A DNA stretch of 64,000 nucleotides, filler included, from Stramenopiles sp. TOSAG23-3 (taxonomy: Eukaryota): assembly GCA_900128585.1 (NCBI GenBank). It is 4 parts of 4 records of this genome, joined end to end, with 100 filler letters (N's around TTAATTAATTAA, not from the genome) between each part and the next. Parts side by side here need not be neighbours in the genome. Positions count along the whole stretch, not along the records: positions 16,699 to 33,254 come from LT642483.1; positions 33,355 to 49,895 come from LT642484.1; 2 more parts are not named here. One strand, written 5' to 3'. Positions 31,501-41,085 of this stretch are shown one piece after another (within the stretch, counting starts at the first letter, position 1; each line of letters opens with the position of its first letter). The position numbers and the translations under genes were made by a program. The notes under the pieces were generated by a model, which did no database searches, was not told the DNA's origin, and saw only the letters and a program-made list of their open reading frames with translations.

Positions 31501-32436
31501 GACCTTTTCCCCCGAGGTGCCGCTTTTCCGTATGCGGTTCACGTACACCTCCAAATACCGAACGCCAATGTCGGAGGCCGTCTGACTGACCTCTATGAGG
31601 TGCTCTGTGCCGCCCGGCCGCGGCGCGGATTCTTTAATCGAGAACTTGGAGCTGTTGTTCGCGTGCACCGAGAATGACTTGGCCCGCTCGACGACGCTGC
31701 TCCGATGCACGTTGTCCTCTTCCTCCTCGCTCAGGGCCCACGGGGCTAAAACCCCGTCATAGTACACCTTGCAGGAGTACACGAACTTGGTCTGCCCGGC
31801 CTTCTTCTCTACGTCAACAACGCTGCCCCTGGAGCCCATGGGGTACGAGCTCGACCGTGAGTGGGTCGTGGGCTGCTGCTGCGCGGCCTTCTCCTTGTCG
31901 CCCTCGTCCCCTTCCCCGCCCTCGTCGTTCCCAGCCGCCGCGTCGGTGTTCCCGCACAATACCTCGAGCACTTCCACAAAAACGTGATGGGTGCCTTTCC
32001 GCCGCTTGCGAAAAACTTTCTTTCCCTCCACGTCGTCGACAATTTCGACCGTCAGCGAGTCGGCGTGGGCCCGGTTGTTTATGTCCTCCGTCCCGGCGGC
32101 GGCCTTCACGTTGATCCCAGGCAGGGACGAGTTCCTGGACAGCGCGCTTTTCGTAAGCGAGTTCGTCAAAGTTTGCAAGCTCCCAAATCTATTTGTTCCT
32201 AAAGTCCCGCGAGAGTTCCTCGCGGTAGATTGATCTATGTGTTTTGTGTTCCTTGGCTTTCGGGGAAAGCCCGTCGCAACCGACGGCTTCTGCCCCCCTT
32301 TCTTGCTCCCTCCTCCGTCGGACGCACTGCGAGAAGCGCGAGAAGCGTTGGAAGGTTCAGAAACGCCCGAGGCGTTCGTAGCGTTCGAAGCGTTCGTGGC
32401 ATTCGAAGCGTTGGAAGAATTCGCCTTGCTCGCCAT
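28528..32436 (-). CDS. Myotubularin-family phosphoinositide 3-phosphatase with C2-like and GRAM/PH-like domains
   Basis: Catalytic HCSDGWDRT, YRSRGRIP, RCAQP, LLDPFYRTIKGF, WCDFGHMF, SPVFLQFLDCVYQL. Confidence 0.95.
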   Translation of the reverse strand: MASKANSSNASNATNASNATNASGVSEPSNASRASRSASDGGGSKKGGQKPSVATGFPRKPRNTKHIDQSTARNSRGTLGTNRFGSLQTLTNSLTKSALSRNSSLPGINVKAAAGTEDINNRAHADSLTVEIVDDVEGKKVFRKRRKGTHHVFVEVLEVLCGNTDAAAGNDEGGEGDEGDKEKAAQQQPTTHSRSSSYPMGSRGSVVDVEKKAGQTKFVYSCKVYYDGVLAPWALSEEEEDNVHRSSVVERAKSFSVHANNSSKFSIKESAPRPGGTEHLIEVSQTASDIGVRYLEVYVNRIRKSGTSGEKVGGLRVELGGLRQDVPRECWYVLTEGPEQGKVRIRLTYTSDLPSKAETETGERLLVDTPPLLNDTISADDRNDYFWCCEAGANAGKRNALRAPNPSCEYVEEIIDDICLMGTDSRVNGNPYNVLVQGALILSTHRFLFVPHRAAYRKSSRSELGSDIIRSRSYSEQQADGSKATIHIPLGWIAEVSTCDAIELGEHIWKGTLLKIRCKIPGVYYFHMGKKAIGNRLVHGGGCCGNLFRRNRTQEEVSLEELTYSPEVIVDNLLSTFQWLLVEEDALLRGEPLVVEVESDDLLRAVDDILSQETVPGGDFKHSSLSSGRLSLVLDMEEEEEEEEEEEGDGGARAERERLEKERLEKERLEKERLEKEQLEKEEVEAETRLFTLEEEHKRQGYLSHGWRLVTQKEYHICSTYPVEFVVPESISDSEVEAVALYRSRGRIPAMIWRHPLTGAVLSRCAQPKSGITGSVSPADQKMLNAFKDCNASMLLSAVRTKSKSRSNVFGKKSSRSSIARMKSKETSFSTTENMFGSPGTTKVKKKALQSSSRRASMPTNTGQVELSTELSDLSIQRKKKPGVAKLTHHGVTSISSPRSMSPSTNDAVYSGLAEDEKLHIMDLRPRMNAVANKMMGKGTENLANYGKGFSFLYHNIPNIHVMRNSLQKLVWFGYNGDWQSGIYESKWLDYTSMILNASLYAVNKLESGVSCLIHCSDGWDRTPQVGATAMILLDPFYRTIKGFVFLVQSQWCDFGHMFEKRVRFVGSRDHSPVFLQFLDCVYQLVRQCPKDFEFTSSLLVFMMEHAYSNWFRTFAGNSNKVRNEQFKTAICMFDCIMANKTLFKNGTYHGDATKRLDVLSIKTSPESIKLWVSLYGRPIRFARNFSRRAKSPRFVTRLLHRKTMAQMLPFVMKGIRPPSRIKRTSLFLGGHLNIKKFSHNSHHHTRGRTSSLGIRIRSRGHSRTSHTPENQMALNTRVESNEESVFTNERNGSRSRPCVVM
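30396..30470 (-). repeat. 15-bp coding tandem repeat (ERLEK)x4-5 within myotubularin
   Basis: ctccttctccaaccg repeated on the + strand. Confidence 0.85.
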
Positions 32437-33254
32437 ACTAACTAACTACCGCCCGGTCTTCCCGAGTGAGCAAACAACCACCAACCTCGGCTTCAAAGGA
32501 CGAACGCAACAAGCACCCGCACGGAGGTAGACTAAGAAACTAACTAACGATGAACTGTGCACTTTTAAAACCCACAAATGCGCAACGCTTGCTCAGCACG
32601 GGATACGTACATCTAATGATAAATTAAAAAAATCTCACTATAAAGCAATTCTAATTTATTTATTTTTTTATAGAATTAAAAAATTAAAGAAGAAAAGAAA
32701 GAATGAAAGAAAAGTATAGTATAATAATCAATATGTAAAATTTGATCACAGTTGACTTAATTAACTGTGGTGGCTGCGGCGGGCGGCGGGGAGGAGGATT
32801 TTTTTTATTCTTTTTATTTTATTTTTTATTTTAGCTAACTGTGATACCCTAATCCTAACTCTTATTTTTAATTTATAATGTAATATACATATAGAATAGA
32901 AGCATAAAGTAATAATAGAATTGTACATAATAGTATGTTGAATAAATTATAATAATAATTCAAGTAATTTACATAAATTAGGAATCGGTTCAATTGATGG
33001 ATTTAATCGTTGTTTCTATACTTATATAAAATATAAGTATACTATATTTAAATAGAGATTATATAGTTCACCACCAATTCTGATAATCTCTTTCTTCTGT
33101 GTTTGTGTCAACGAAAGAAGATACGATTGATTGCGCAATCGAGAAGTTCTGTACGTACGTATATAATAAAAATGATTGCAATTAGGACTATTTTATCATT
33201 TCCCTCCCTCGCTTTCTCACCCATTCTTGATTGTCCCCCCCCCCCCCCCCCCCC

Positions 33255-33354
33255 NNNNNNNNNNNNNNNNNNNNNNNNNNNNNNNNNNNNNNNNNNNNTT
33301 AATTAATTAANNNNNNNNNNNNNNNNNNNNNNNNNNNNNNNNNNNNNNNNNNNN
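33255..33354. other. Artificial contig-joining spacer (44 N + TTAATTAATTAA + 44 N)
   Basis: Same 100-nt structure as 16599..16698. Confidence 0.97.
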
Positions 33355-33825
33355 CAGAGCTGGCTTAGATACATCATCATCAGCAGGGATAAAATATAAT
33401 AATAATTTTTTTAAAAAAATAAAAAAAATTATAATACATTATACAGTAATATAATTTTTTTTAGATTATACAGTAGTACTGTAGTATAATATTATTAATA
33501 ATATATATTTTTTTTTCATTCATCTTTCTTCTTCTTCTCATTATTTTTTTTTTTTATTATTTACTTGGTACCGGTACCTTGGTATTATTAGCTAATAAAA
33601 ATTATTATTATAAAATAATAATAATAATAAATATAAAATACCAATTCAATATCGTCTTCTTCTTTTTTTTGTTTCTTTCTGGTATTAATTATTATATTAG
33701 GACAAATCTACTTACGATTGGAAACGAAACGGTTAGATAGATTAGGTGTACCGTTTTTGGTTGTTCCTGGTGGGAGTCTGCGTGTGTATGGGTTTTCATT
33801 TCATTCTTGGCTTCGTTTTATCAGC

Positions 33826-35865
33826 ATGGCGGGGAGTGCAGGGTTAATGGGTTGCGTAGTGGTTGTGCTTTTGGGCATTCTGGGGCTGGTTAGGGCAGTG
33901 CCTGTTCGGTACAAAGAGTATTTTGACTCCAAAGAGCCGATGGGGATGAAGCTGTCCAACAGCTTGGTGGTGCTTGGTTTCGCAACTCCTCGGCGTGGGC
34001 AAATTCTAGTGGCAGAGGCCAAAGGGACGATACGGATGGGGGACAAAATTGTGAGCGTCAACGGGGAGGCCGTCCACACCTTGCGCTTGAACGCGTTTTT
34101 GAAGGTTTTGAAAGAAGCAACGCTGCCTCGCACCATAGAGTTTGAAGGGGAGCGCTTGCACAAGGAAATTGATGCCAGCCATGGCTTTTTAAAATTGACC
34201 AAGCCTGAAAATGCAGGCCACCACCACGGGGGAGCGGGCACGGCCGAGGCGGACCCAAAAGATGATCTGTACGAACGGGTCGTCCCGTCGTTCCGCATAA
34301 CGTTCCCAGGGAATGATTTGGTGGGGATTCAGTTTGCTGGGGACGCGAATTCTACAGTCGTTGGTTTTTCGCGGAGTGCTCGCAACGCGTTGCGGGCGGC
34401 AGAGAAAAATGGGGGCATTCGTATTGGGGATGTGCTGTTGGCTGTAAATAACCAGGAAGTTGACCGTCTGAACCTCCACGAATTGATTCAATCTGTAGAA
34501 AAGGCGGCGCAGCCAAGGGTCCTCACGTTCGTTCGCCACGAGTCCGTCTACAAACGAAGGCATGCGGTGGGTGCGGATGAAAACGGTTCGCCATTGGCGT
34601 TTGAGCATATAGATGTCAGCAGCAGCACCTTTCCGGAGGAGGGGCATCATGTTCGGATCGTAAGGGCGGCGTTTGGCCCTCTCCCTGGGTGCGGTCAACG
34701 CCGTCTGGTGCTCGCCGAGCCGATTCACGGCTGTGGAGATATCCAAGATTCCGGCGAAGCATCGGAGGCTGTGAAAGGTTCGTTTGTTGTTGTGGCGCGT
34801 GGGCATTGCTCGTTCACTGCTAAAGCGCGCTTGGCGCAGGATAGGGGGGCGGAGGGCATTGTTGTAGTTAATGGGCCTTCCCAACCGCTCGTACGGATGC
34901 CTTTTGAGGAAGGCACGGACGTTAGTGACATTCGGGTCGTGGCGGTAATGGCAGAGCACTCGTTGATGGAGAGCATGATTCATGCAAAAAGTGCTACGAA
35001 TACAAACCATTTGTTGGGGAAGATAGTGGTATCAGGGGACTGCCTACGCGGGGATGGTAGACTTAGAAAGGGTACAGAGGAATCCTTCGTCGACCTCGAA
35101 CCCAGAGAGGAGGACGCGGAAGACGTCGAGCGCGTGGCGTTCATAAGGGAGGGCGACACTACGCTGTTCATAATCCCCAAGCACAAAGTCGAGCACGGCA
35201 TGGACGGTGGGGTAGTGCTTCTCCAGTCGCCCAACAGTGGCCCAATGGAGCTCTGGAACGGCAGGGGGGTGGAATTTGTTGCTGCCCAGATAGGGCCAAA
35301 GGTGGCAGAGCAGAGCGGATCCTTGATTCTTGCAAAAAATACGTCCCCCTGTGGTCCCTACGAATCCGTTCAGAGCCTTCGTGGTCTGAAATTCCTTGTG
35401 CTCCCCAACGAACCAGCGTGCGCATCTAGAGTAGTGGAACAAATGCAAAATGCTGGGAACGCTGGTGCCGATGTTATAGTTTTCCCCACTTCTACTGACT
35501 TTCTTGCGCCATTGATTATTCCGGAGTCCATGCCGAGCAAAATAGACATCCCTATCTTGCAAATTACTGCGCACGCCGGAATGCACCTGGTGGAGTTTTT
35601 GCAATCGGTGGGAAATGTTGCAAAAGCAAATATTGTACCAGACACTTTTGTAAAGAACCAATGGTCAGCGTTGAGACCCATGGCGGACCAAACCGTTTGG
35701 CCCCACACAGAAAAACAACGAAAACGCCTCTATTACCGATTATTGAAAGTGCACCATTCTGAACTTGTCAGTGGAAGCATCGATAGAGAATTTGCCGTGG
35801 AAAAGGCGTACAAAGCTGCTGATGATTTTTGGACTCTAACACAGACTCATGGTGGTGAACTTTGA
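33826..35865 (+). CDS. Secretory-pathway protein with two PDZ-like and PA (protease-associated) domains
   Basis: Signal peptide (CVVVVLLGILGLVRA); IRMGDKIVSVNG and IRIGDVLLAVNN (PDZ); VVARGHCSFTAKARLAQDRGAEGIVVVN (PA); second degenerate PA; ends HGGEL. Confidence 0.8.
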   Translation: MAGSAGLMGCVVVVLLGILGLVRAVPVRYKEYFDSKEPMGMKLSNSLVVLGFATPRRGQILVAEAKGTIRMGDKIVSVNGEAVHTLRLNAFLKVLKEATLPRTIEFEGERLHKEIDASHGFLKLTKPENAGHHHGGAGTAEADPKDDLYERVVPSFRITFPGNDLVGIQFAGDANSTVVGFSRSARNALRAAEKNGGIRIGDVLLAVNNQEVDRLNLHELIQSVEKAAQPRVLTFVRHESVYKRRHAVGADENGSPLAFEHIDVSSSTFPEEGHHVRIVRAAFGPLPGCGQRRLVLAEPIHGCGDIQDSGEASEAVKGSFVVVARGHCSFTAKARLAQDRGAEGIVVVNGPSQPLVRMPFEEGTDVSDIRVVAVMAEHSLMESMIHAKSATNTNHLLGKIVVSGDCLRGDGRLRKGTEESFVDLEPREEDAEDVERVAFIREGDTTLFIIPKHKVEHGMDGGVVLLQSPNSGPMELWNGRGVEFVAAQIGPKVAEQSGSLILAKNTSPCGPYESVQSLRGLKFLVLPNEPACASRVVEQMQNAGNAGADVIVFPTSTDFLAPLIIPESMPSKIDIPILQITAHAGMHLVEFLQSVGNVAKANIVPDTFVKNQWSALRPMADQTVWPHTEKQRKRLYYRLLKVHHSELVSGSIDREFAVEKAYKAADDFWTLTQTHGGEL

Positions 35866-36682
35866 AGCCATAATGATTATATAACAGTCGTCTTTGAATA
35901 GGAACTTTTAAACAACCGACTTCCTTCTTTCTTTTTATTGGATTTATAGTTTCTTCTAGTTTAAAGAACTCACGCACTCACAAAAAGTATAAATTATATA
36001 GATAATATTATCATAATTTGTATACTGAAACTATATATTTATATATAATATTCCTTACTATTTAAGGTAATAGCTAAAAATGCAGGTAGGGACACTTTTC
36101 AGTTGCAGGTAGGAAGTGAAAAGATGAACTACCCCAATGCAATGCAATCTTTTAACAGCAACATAGTATGGATTTGATGCGTACTTCAATTCGACTAATT
36201 TGATATATGTGGCGCAAATTGTCCTCATAAAATAATTAACAGCAGGTACAGAGTATCAAGTATGACCTCGTAATTGATTCATTTGTTTCTTCCTTCCTTC
36301 CATTTTTTTAATTTATCTTATGCTGTATAATGTAAAATTATTGAAGGTTCACGTTTCACATTTCTTCTTTTTTCTCCCAAAATGAATATTCCTCGAACGT
36401 CTATTCCAATACTAAACCCCTGTTATCCAATTGCCACGTCGCATATTTGGAAGATGGCAACTTCATCATATCATCATCAACATCATCGATATGACTGAGG
36501 AGAGTGGTGCACGTCGTATTTATACACGTAGCGCGCACTTCATGCATATACAATTTTAAAAGAGTATGTCGAAAGGTAAATATTCAATCAACCAATTCAA
36601 CCCAAAAGAAACAGAAGCAAAAGCAAAACGCAAAATAAAATAAAATCAACTGAACGACTAACGAAACAACAACAACTACACA

Positions 36683-36850
36683 ATGCCACGCAAACAAGCT
36701 CCAAAGACGGATAGACAAAGCAAAAATGGTGCGCGCCGGGGTGTAAAGAAGAATGGGGCAGGAAGAAACAACTGGGGAATGGCCGGCGACGAAAGGATGC
36801 CGGCCTCCATGGATAGAAATGACCCAAACTATGACTCTGGGAATGAGTAA
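36683..36850 (+). CDS. 55-aa microprotein made only of a PDCD4-N-terminal / SERBP1-HABP4-like motif
   Basis: Manual translation MPRKQAPKTDRQSKNGARRGVKKNGAGRNNWGMAGDERMPASMDRNDPNYDSGNE*. Alternative start at 36566 (ATG TCG AAA G, intron GTAAAT 36576..36698 AG with CTAAC branch motif) gives the same frame. Confidence 0.8.
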   Translation: MPRKQAPKTDRQSKNGARRGVKKNGAGRNNWGMAGDERMPASMDRNDPNYDSGNE

Positions 36851-37154
36851 GCATAGTTTGGCCTCTCAGGCCGCGTACTGTTGCTTGTCCTCCAGTTGAC
36901 CGCGGGTTGACTGCAGAAGCATAAACGCCGCACTCGGATACCTCGAACATCCTGTATATAGAAGAATATTTTTTTGGCAGAGTGCTTTAGTTTTTTATAC
37001 GTTCCTCCGCTCCACCCTGAAAGGATGTGGCTGTCGTTTTGAGTTGAACCCTGTGACGTCAGATTAGACGGGTCGATTAAGTCTTTATGTCCGTTCGTTA
37101 CAGTATACATTAATATTACTTTTTGAACAAAATAGTTTTGTGTTTCTCATAAGA

Positions 37155-38552
37155 TTACTTCATATTAAACCCTCGGTTGCCAAGAAGCCCTCTCTTGAAC
37201 GCATCGACGGCAAGTTTGGCCGGCTCGGGCTTCTCCTTCTCTTTTGGTGACAAATCCTTTGCTCCGCTCTGGGTTTTTTTCAACACCCTCGCCACTTTCC
37301 ATTTCTGCTTCAACCGACTCCATTTCGATTGAGACCTCTTTTCCTCGTCAACTGCAATTTCTCTCCCTGCTGCTGCCCCTTTTTGTCGGTCCTCAAGGTA
37401 CCGTATCACCCATGATGGATCAAGCTTCTCTGGAACTTGAATTTCTACTATAATCTTTTCTGTTTTGTTCGTCTTTGTTATATCGTCGATGGTGCCATCT
37501 TCATCGTGACCAATGGCCTTTTCAACGCTGAACGCTACCACATTGGGCGAAAGCTGTTTAATGCCAGACAAATGTTCTAAGGGATACTTCCGCTGGCACC
37601 ACTGGAATCCAAAATCTCCAACCCTGTGCCTCATCTCGATGTCGAACAGATGCAAAGGGATTTCAAGGCTTGATTTGCGATACCGAGGTTTTGGCCGAGT
37701 AAAGTGAAGTGTCTTCCCAAAGAACACCTCAATTTCATCTGCTAAAATCTGTGCGGTCAGATTTGTTTCTGATTTTTTTATAAACTCCACCAGGTCGTCC
37801 CTCCACTCGAATTCATCGCGCTTCGCGCGTATGACATCTATCAAATACTGGCCCGCCCCGTTCTTTATGGACAAATTGGCACCCCTTCCAACAAAAAACT
37901 TCAGCATGTCTACATGAGCATACTCCGCACAGTACATGATTGGAGTCCACCCCCAATTGTCTTGTGCATTTATGTCGGCTTTGTAGTTAAGCAAAATCTC
38001 TGCCACGTTTCGATGGCCACAAATGCATGACACATGGAGCGCCGTCCGGCTGTAAAACTGAGCGGGCGTTCTTAGGTCTGCCGTAATCGCGCCGCCTACT
38101 TTATTTAGAATCTTTTTCACCTGTTTAACATTGCCGTCTCTTGCCGCTGCGTGTATTCCTGTGTACGGGGCATCGGCCATCTTCTGCAAAGGACCCTTTT
38201 TTTTGTCTCGATGACGATTGAAAACTGCAAATGTACCCTCGTCAATTGACGTTTTCGTTTCTCTGTAACGATGCTTACTGGCTTCGCCTTCGTCGGCCTT
38301 CTCTTCACTTTTCTGAGTATCTTCGCCGGCCTCATCGTAAGTCTGCCCCTCGCCGTTATTCTCCCCTTCCTCTAACATTTCACCCCCGTTTCCTTCTACT
38401 GCCTCGCCCTCCATTTGAATTGTAATGTGGCCAGTCTTTTCCTCCACCCCTTCGCTGGTCTTTCCTTCAACTAGTGCGTTACGCGTCTCCTTCACGGGGG
38501 GCTGGCCGACCGTCTCTTCTCCCTCACCAACAACGTTGTCACTTTCAAGCAT
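37155..38552 (-). CDS. Ankyrin-repeat protein
   Basis: TGIHAAARDGN, RTALHVSCICGH..VAEILL, GWTPIMYCAEYAH. Confidence 0.88.
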   Translation of the reverse strand: MLESDNVVGEGEETVGQPPVKETRNALVEGKTSEGVEEKTGHITIQMEGEAVEGNGGEMLEEGENNGEGQTYDEAGEDTQKSEEKADEGEASKHRYRETKTSIDEGTFAVFNRHRDKKKGPLQKMADAPYTGIHAAARDGNVKQVKKILNKVGGAITADLRTPAQFYSRTALHVSCICGHRNVAEILLNYKADINAQDNWGWTPIMYCAEYAHVDMLKFFVGRGANLSIKNGAGQYLIDVIRAKRDEFEWRDDLVEFIKKSETNLTAQILADEIEVFFGKTLHFTRPKPRYRKSSLEIPLHLFDIEMRHRVGDFGFQWCQRKYPLEHLSGIKQLSPNVVAFSVEKAIGHDEDGTIDDITKTNKTEKIIVEIQVPEKLDPSWVIRYLEDRQKGAAAGREIAVDEEKRSQSKWSRLKQKWKVARVLKKTQSGAKDLSPKEKEKPEPAKLAVDAFKRGLLGNRGFNMK

Positions 38553-39363
38553 TTATTCTTTGACCATATATTATATATAAGTCTTCCCGGTATACGCGGC
38601 TGGGGTGTAACTAAACAAAAAAGTCGTGTAATTCAGTAAATTTGAAACTTAACTTGTATAAAATGAACAGCTCGAATAAATCCTTTGGTTTGGTTCACTG
38701 CGGTCGATATTATAATACTTGGTAATACTATACCCGTACGACTTGGTTTTCTCTTGTTGTTGTTTTGCATTATTATTATATACCGGTTCGCGAACCGGTA
38801 CAGGTACACAGTTACCAGTACGGAACCTGGTACCTGTGACCCACTTCAAGATTCAAGAGCAACACAGCAGCAATAATTATTTTCAGATGATAATATTTGA
38901 GATCCGTTTTAGTTTTCCTTGCTATACTCCAGAGCTGTAGTGCTGTAGTAATAGAATAATAATAATTTAAATTACACAGCATCCATTACAATAAAAACGG
39001 ACAATAATAAAAGTGATGCGGTACGGGTATTAATATTAATACCCGTACAGGTACAGGTACCACCGATACAAAAGAGCACCGCACCGTGAACCCCGTGATG
39101 ATGAACTATTATACTACTTGGTAGTACTACACCCGGTCGGAATAGATCATCATCATCAATCATCATCATGGAACGAAGGTAGTAAAAGAAGAGGAGAGTT
39201 GCTACAATTACAGGATGTACCGCATGAATAGAAAATTGCTTGTCGTATTTCTTTATAAGCGTTTGTTGGACGGAGAGAATTTAAAGAAAAACATCGCACG
39301 CTAGCCAAGTAAGAAGACGTGGGGCAAGAACAAAAAAGAAACATCTTATAGCAATAGTACACC

Positions 39364-40512
39364 ATGATACCGCGTACAATAAAGCTTGAGGGGAGCGCCA
39401 GAAAGTACAAGGCAGTGTTGGACGCACGTGTTAAGCAGCAGGAAGTATCCCGAAAACGACGCGAGGTCCTGATGTCTTTGGCGTCTGATTGTATTAGTGG
39501 CAAGCAGAAAAAGTTCGGAGGTCGATTTGCGAAACCGTCTCGAAGAAATAAGATAATTCTTTCTCATATAGTAGCTTTTGAGAAAGAACTAAAGAAGAAG
39601 AAAAACGACAATCAAAGTAATACGTCAGGGAAGACGCTTGAACCCTCGCTGGCCCTTCCTGAAGCGCCTGTAGATTTAGTTGAGCTGGAGAAGATAGACG
39701 ACCCGATAAACTACGAAGACGGAGAAGAAGTGGACAGTCAGTTAATTCAAATGGAAAAAATTAGTTCGCCTGTTTCCAGGCCTATGTCGCCAACGAGACT
39801 ACGGTCCACGCTTCGACGCCCGTTAAGCACAATTGCAGGACTTAGCACGCCAGGCCGCATACGGGCGTCGCGCGTAAGCGTCAAGGGGGGGGAAGCAATG
39901 GTCACGCTGATAAACTCGGGTTGCTGTTTTGATAACGTGTACTACACGTGTCATATAGGGGGTTACGAGAGTAATTTATCAGATCCGATGTGCAAGGCGA
40001 TGGCAAAAGTGACCCTGACGCCGATAGAAGATTTATCACCTGTACTGATATGTTCCTGGATTGAGATCCCGGACAGATTACGCCGAGCTTCGTACAAAAC
40101 GATTGGGGGTGCAATTTTAGGGACGATAAAATTGCGTGATGGGACGATACATTTTGAGGAGCAGGCGTGTGTAAATGTTGGAAAGATCATCCAGAGCAAA
40201 CAGAGGTATGACGCGGAGCTCCAACCTATGGCCATGACAGGAATCCAACTGAACAACCACTATTACACGTGCGATGTTCGGGGCTATTACGGGAACATCG
40301 ACAACGTGGATATTCCGGTCATGATTCGAGTCGTGCTATCGAGTATAGAATCTGGGACCGCCGGGCTATCGGATAATATAATTTGGTTACCAATGCCCGA
40401 TAGGTTCCGCAAATTGAATTCTCGAAAAGCGGTTGGTGAAGCAATCGTCAAATCCCTCGAATTAGTAAATGGTCCCGAGGGGCCTGAAATAAAAACTTTT
40501 CGTCGTAGTTAA
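39364..40512 (+). CDS. Hypothetical protein with internally duplicated ~80-aa domain
   Basis: 382-aa ORF; two copies of G..(D/N)N.YYTC...GY...M..V.L..IE...W...PDR.R....K..G.AI...L..G. Confidence 0.8.
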   Translation: MIPRTIKLEGSARKYKAVLDARVKQQEVSRKRREVLMSLASDCISGKQKKFGGRFAKPSRRNKIILSHIVAFEKELKKKKNDNQSNTSGKTLEPSLALPEAPVDLVELEKIDDPINYEDGEEVDSQLIQMEKISSPVSRPMSPTRLRSTLRRPLSTIAGLSTPGRIRASRVSVKGGEAMVTLINSGCCFDNVYYTCHIGGYESNLSDPMCKAMAKVTLTPIEDLSPVLICSWIEIPDRLRRASYKTIGGAILGTIKLRDGTIHFEEQACVNVGKIIQSKQRYDAELQPMAMTGIQLNNHYYTCDVRGYYGNIDNVDIPVMIRVVLSSIESGTAGLSDNIIWLPMPDRFRKLNSRKAVGEAIVKSLELVNGPEGPEIKTFRRS

Positions 40513-41085
40513 TTTTTATAATAATAATAATAATAAATAATAATAAAAAAATTGATATTATTAATATTATATTTTATTATTATTCTGTATCACATAATGT
40601 GCTTCGTTGTTCACATCATATTATCTCGTACAAAAAAAAAAAAAAAATAATAATACTACTTTTTTTTTTTTTCAGAAGAAGATTTTTTTATAATATATAA
40701 TAATAGACCTTTCACCACTACGGTACCAGGTATAATACCAGGTACCTGGTACCTGGTACCAGGTACCGGTATTATATTAATACCAGGTACAGCAGCAGAG
40801 AAGAAGAGGAATAAATAAATAAATACCATCATCATCGTCACCGGCGGTATATTTAAGTAAGTAACAATGCAGCTAGCAATACCTCCTGGATAATTATAAT
40901 GTATTTGACAATAATTGACACTTTCGAACTTAATTGAATTTGCGACGACAACGTCTATACAAAGAATTAAGAAACCAATGGAGAATTGAACCGTTCCCGT
41001 ATCCCAAGAATTATTTATTGTAGGAAAGTGTTCCAGATAAAGTACTGTGCGAGGTAGGGGGTTGCAATTTCTGAAGTAAAACGCC

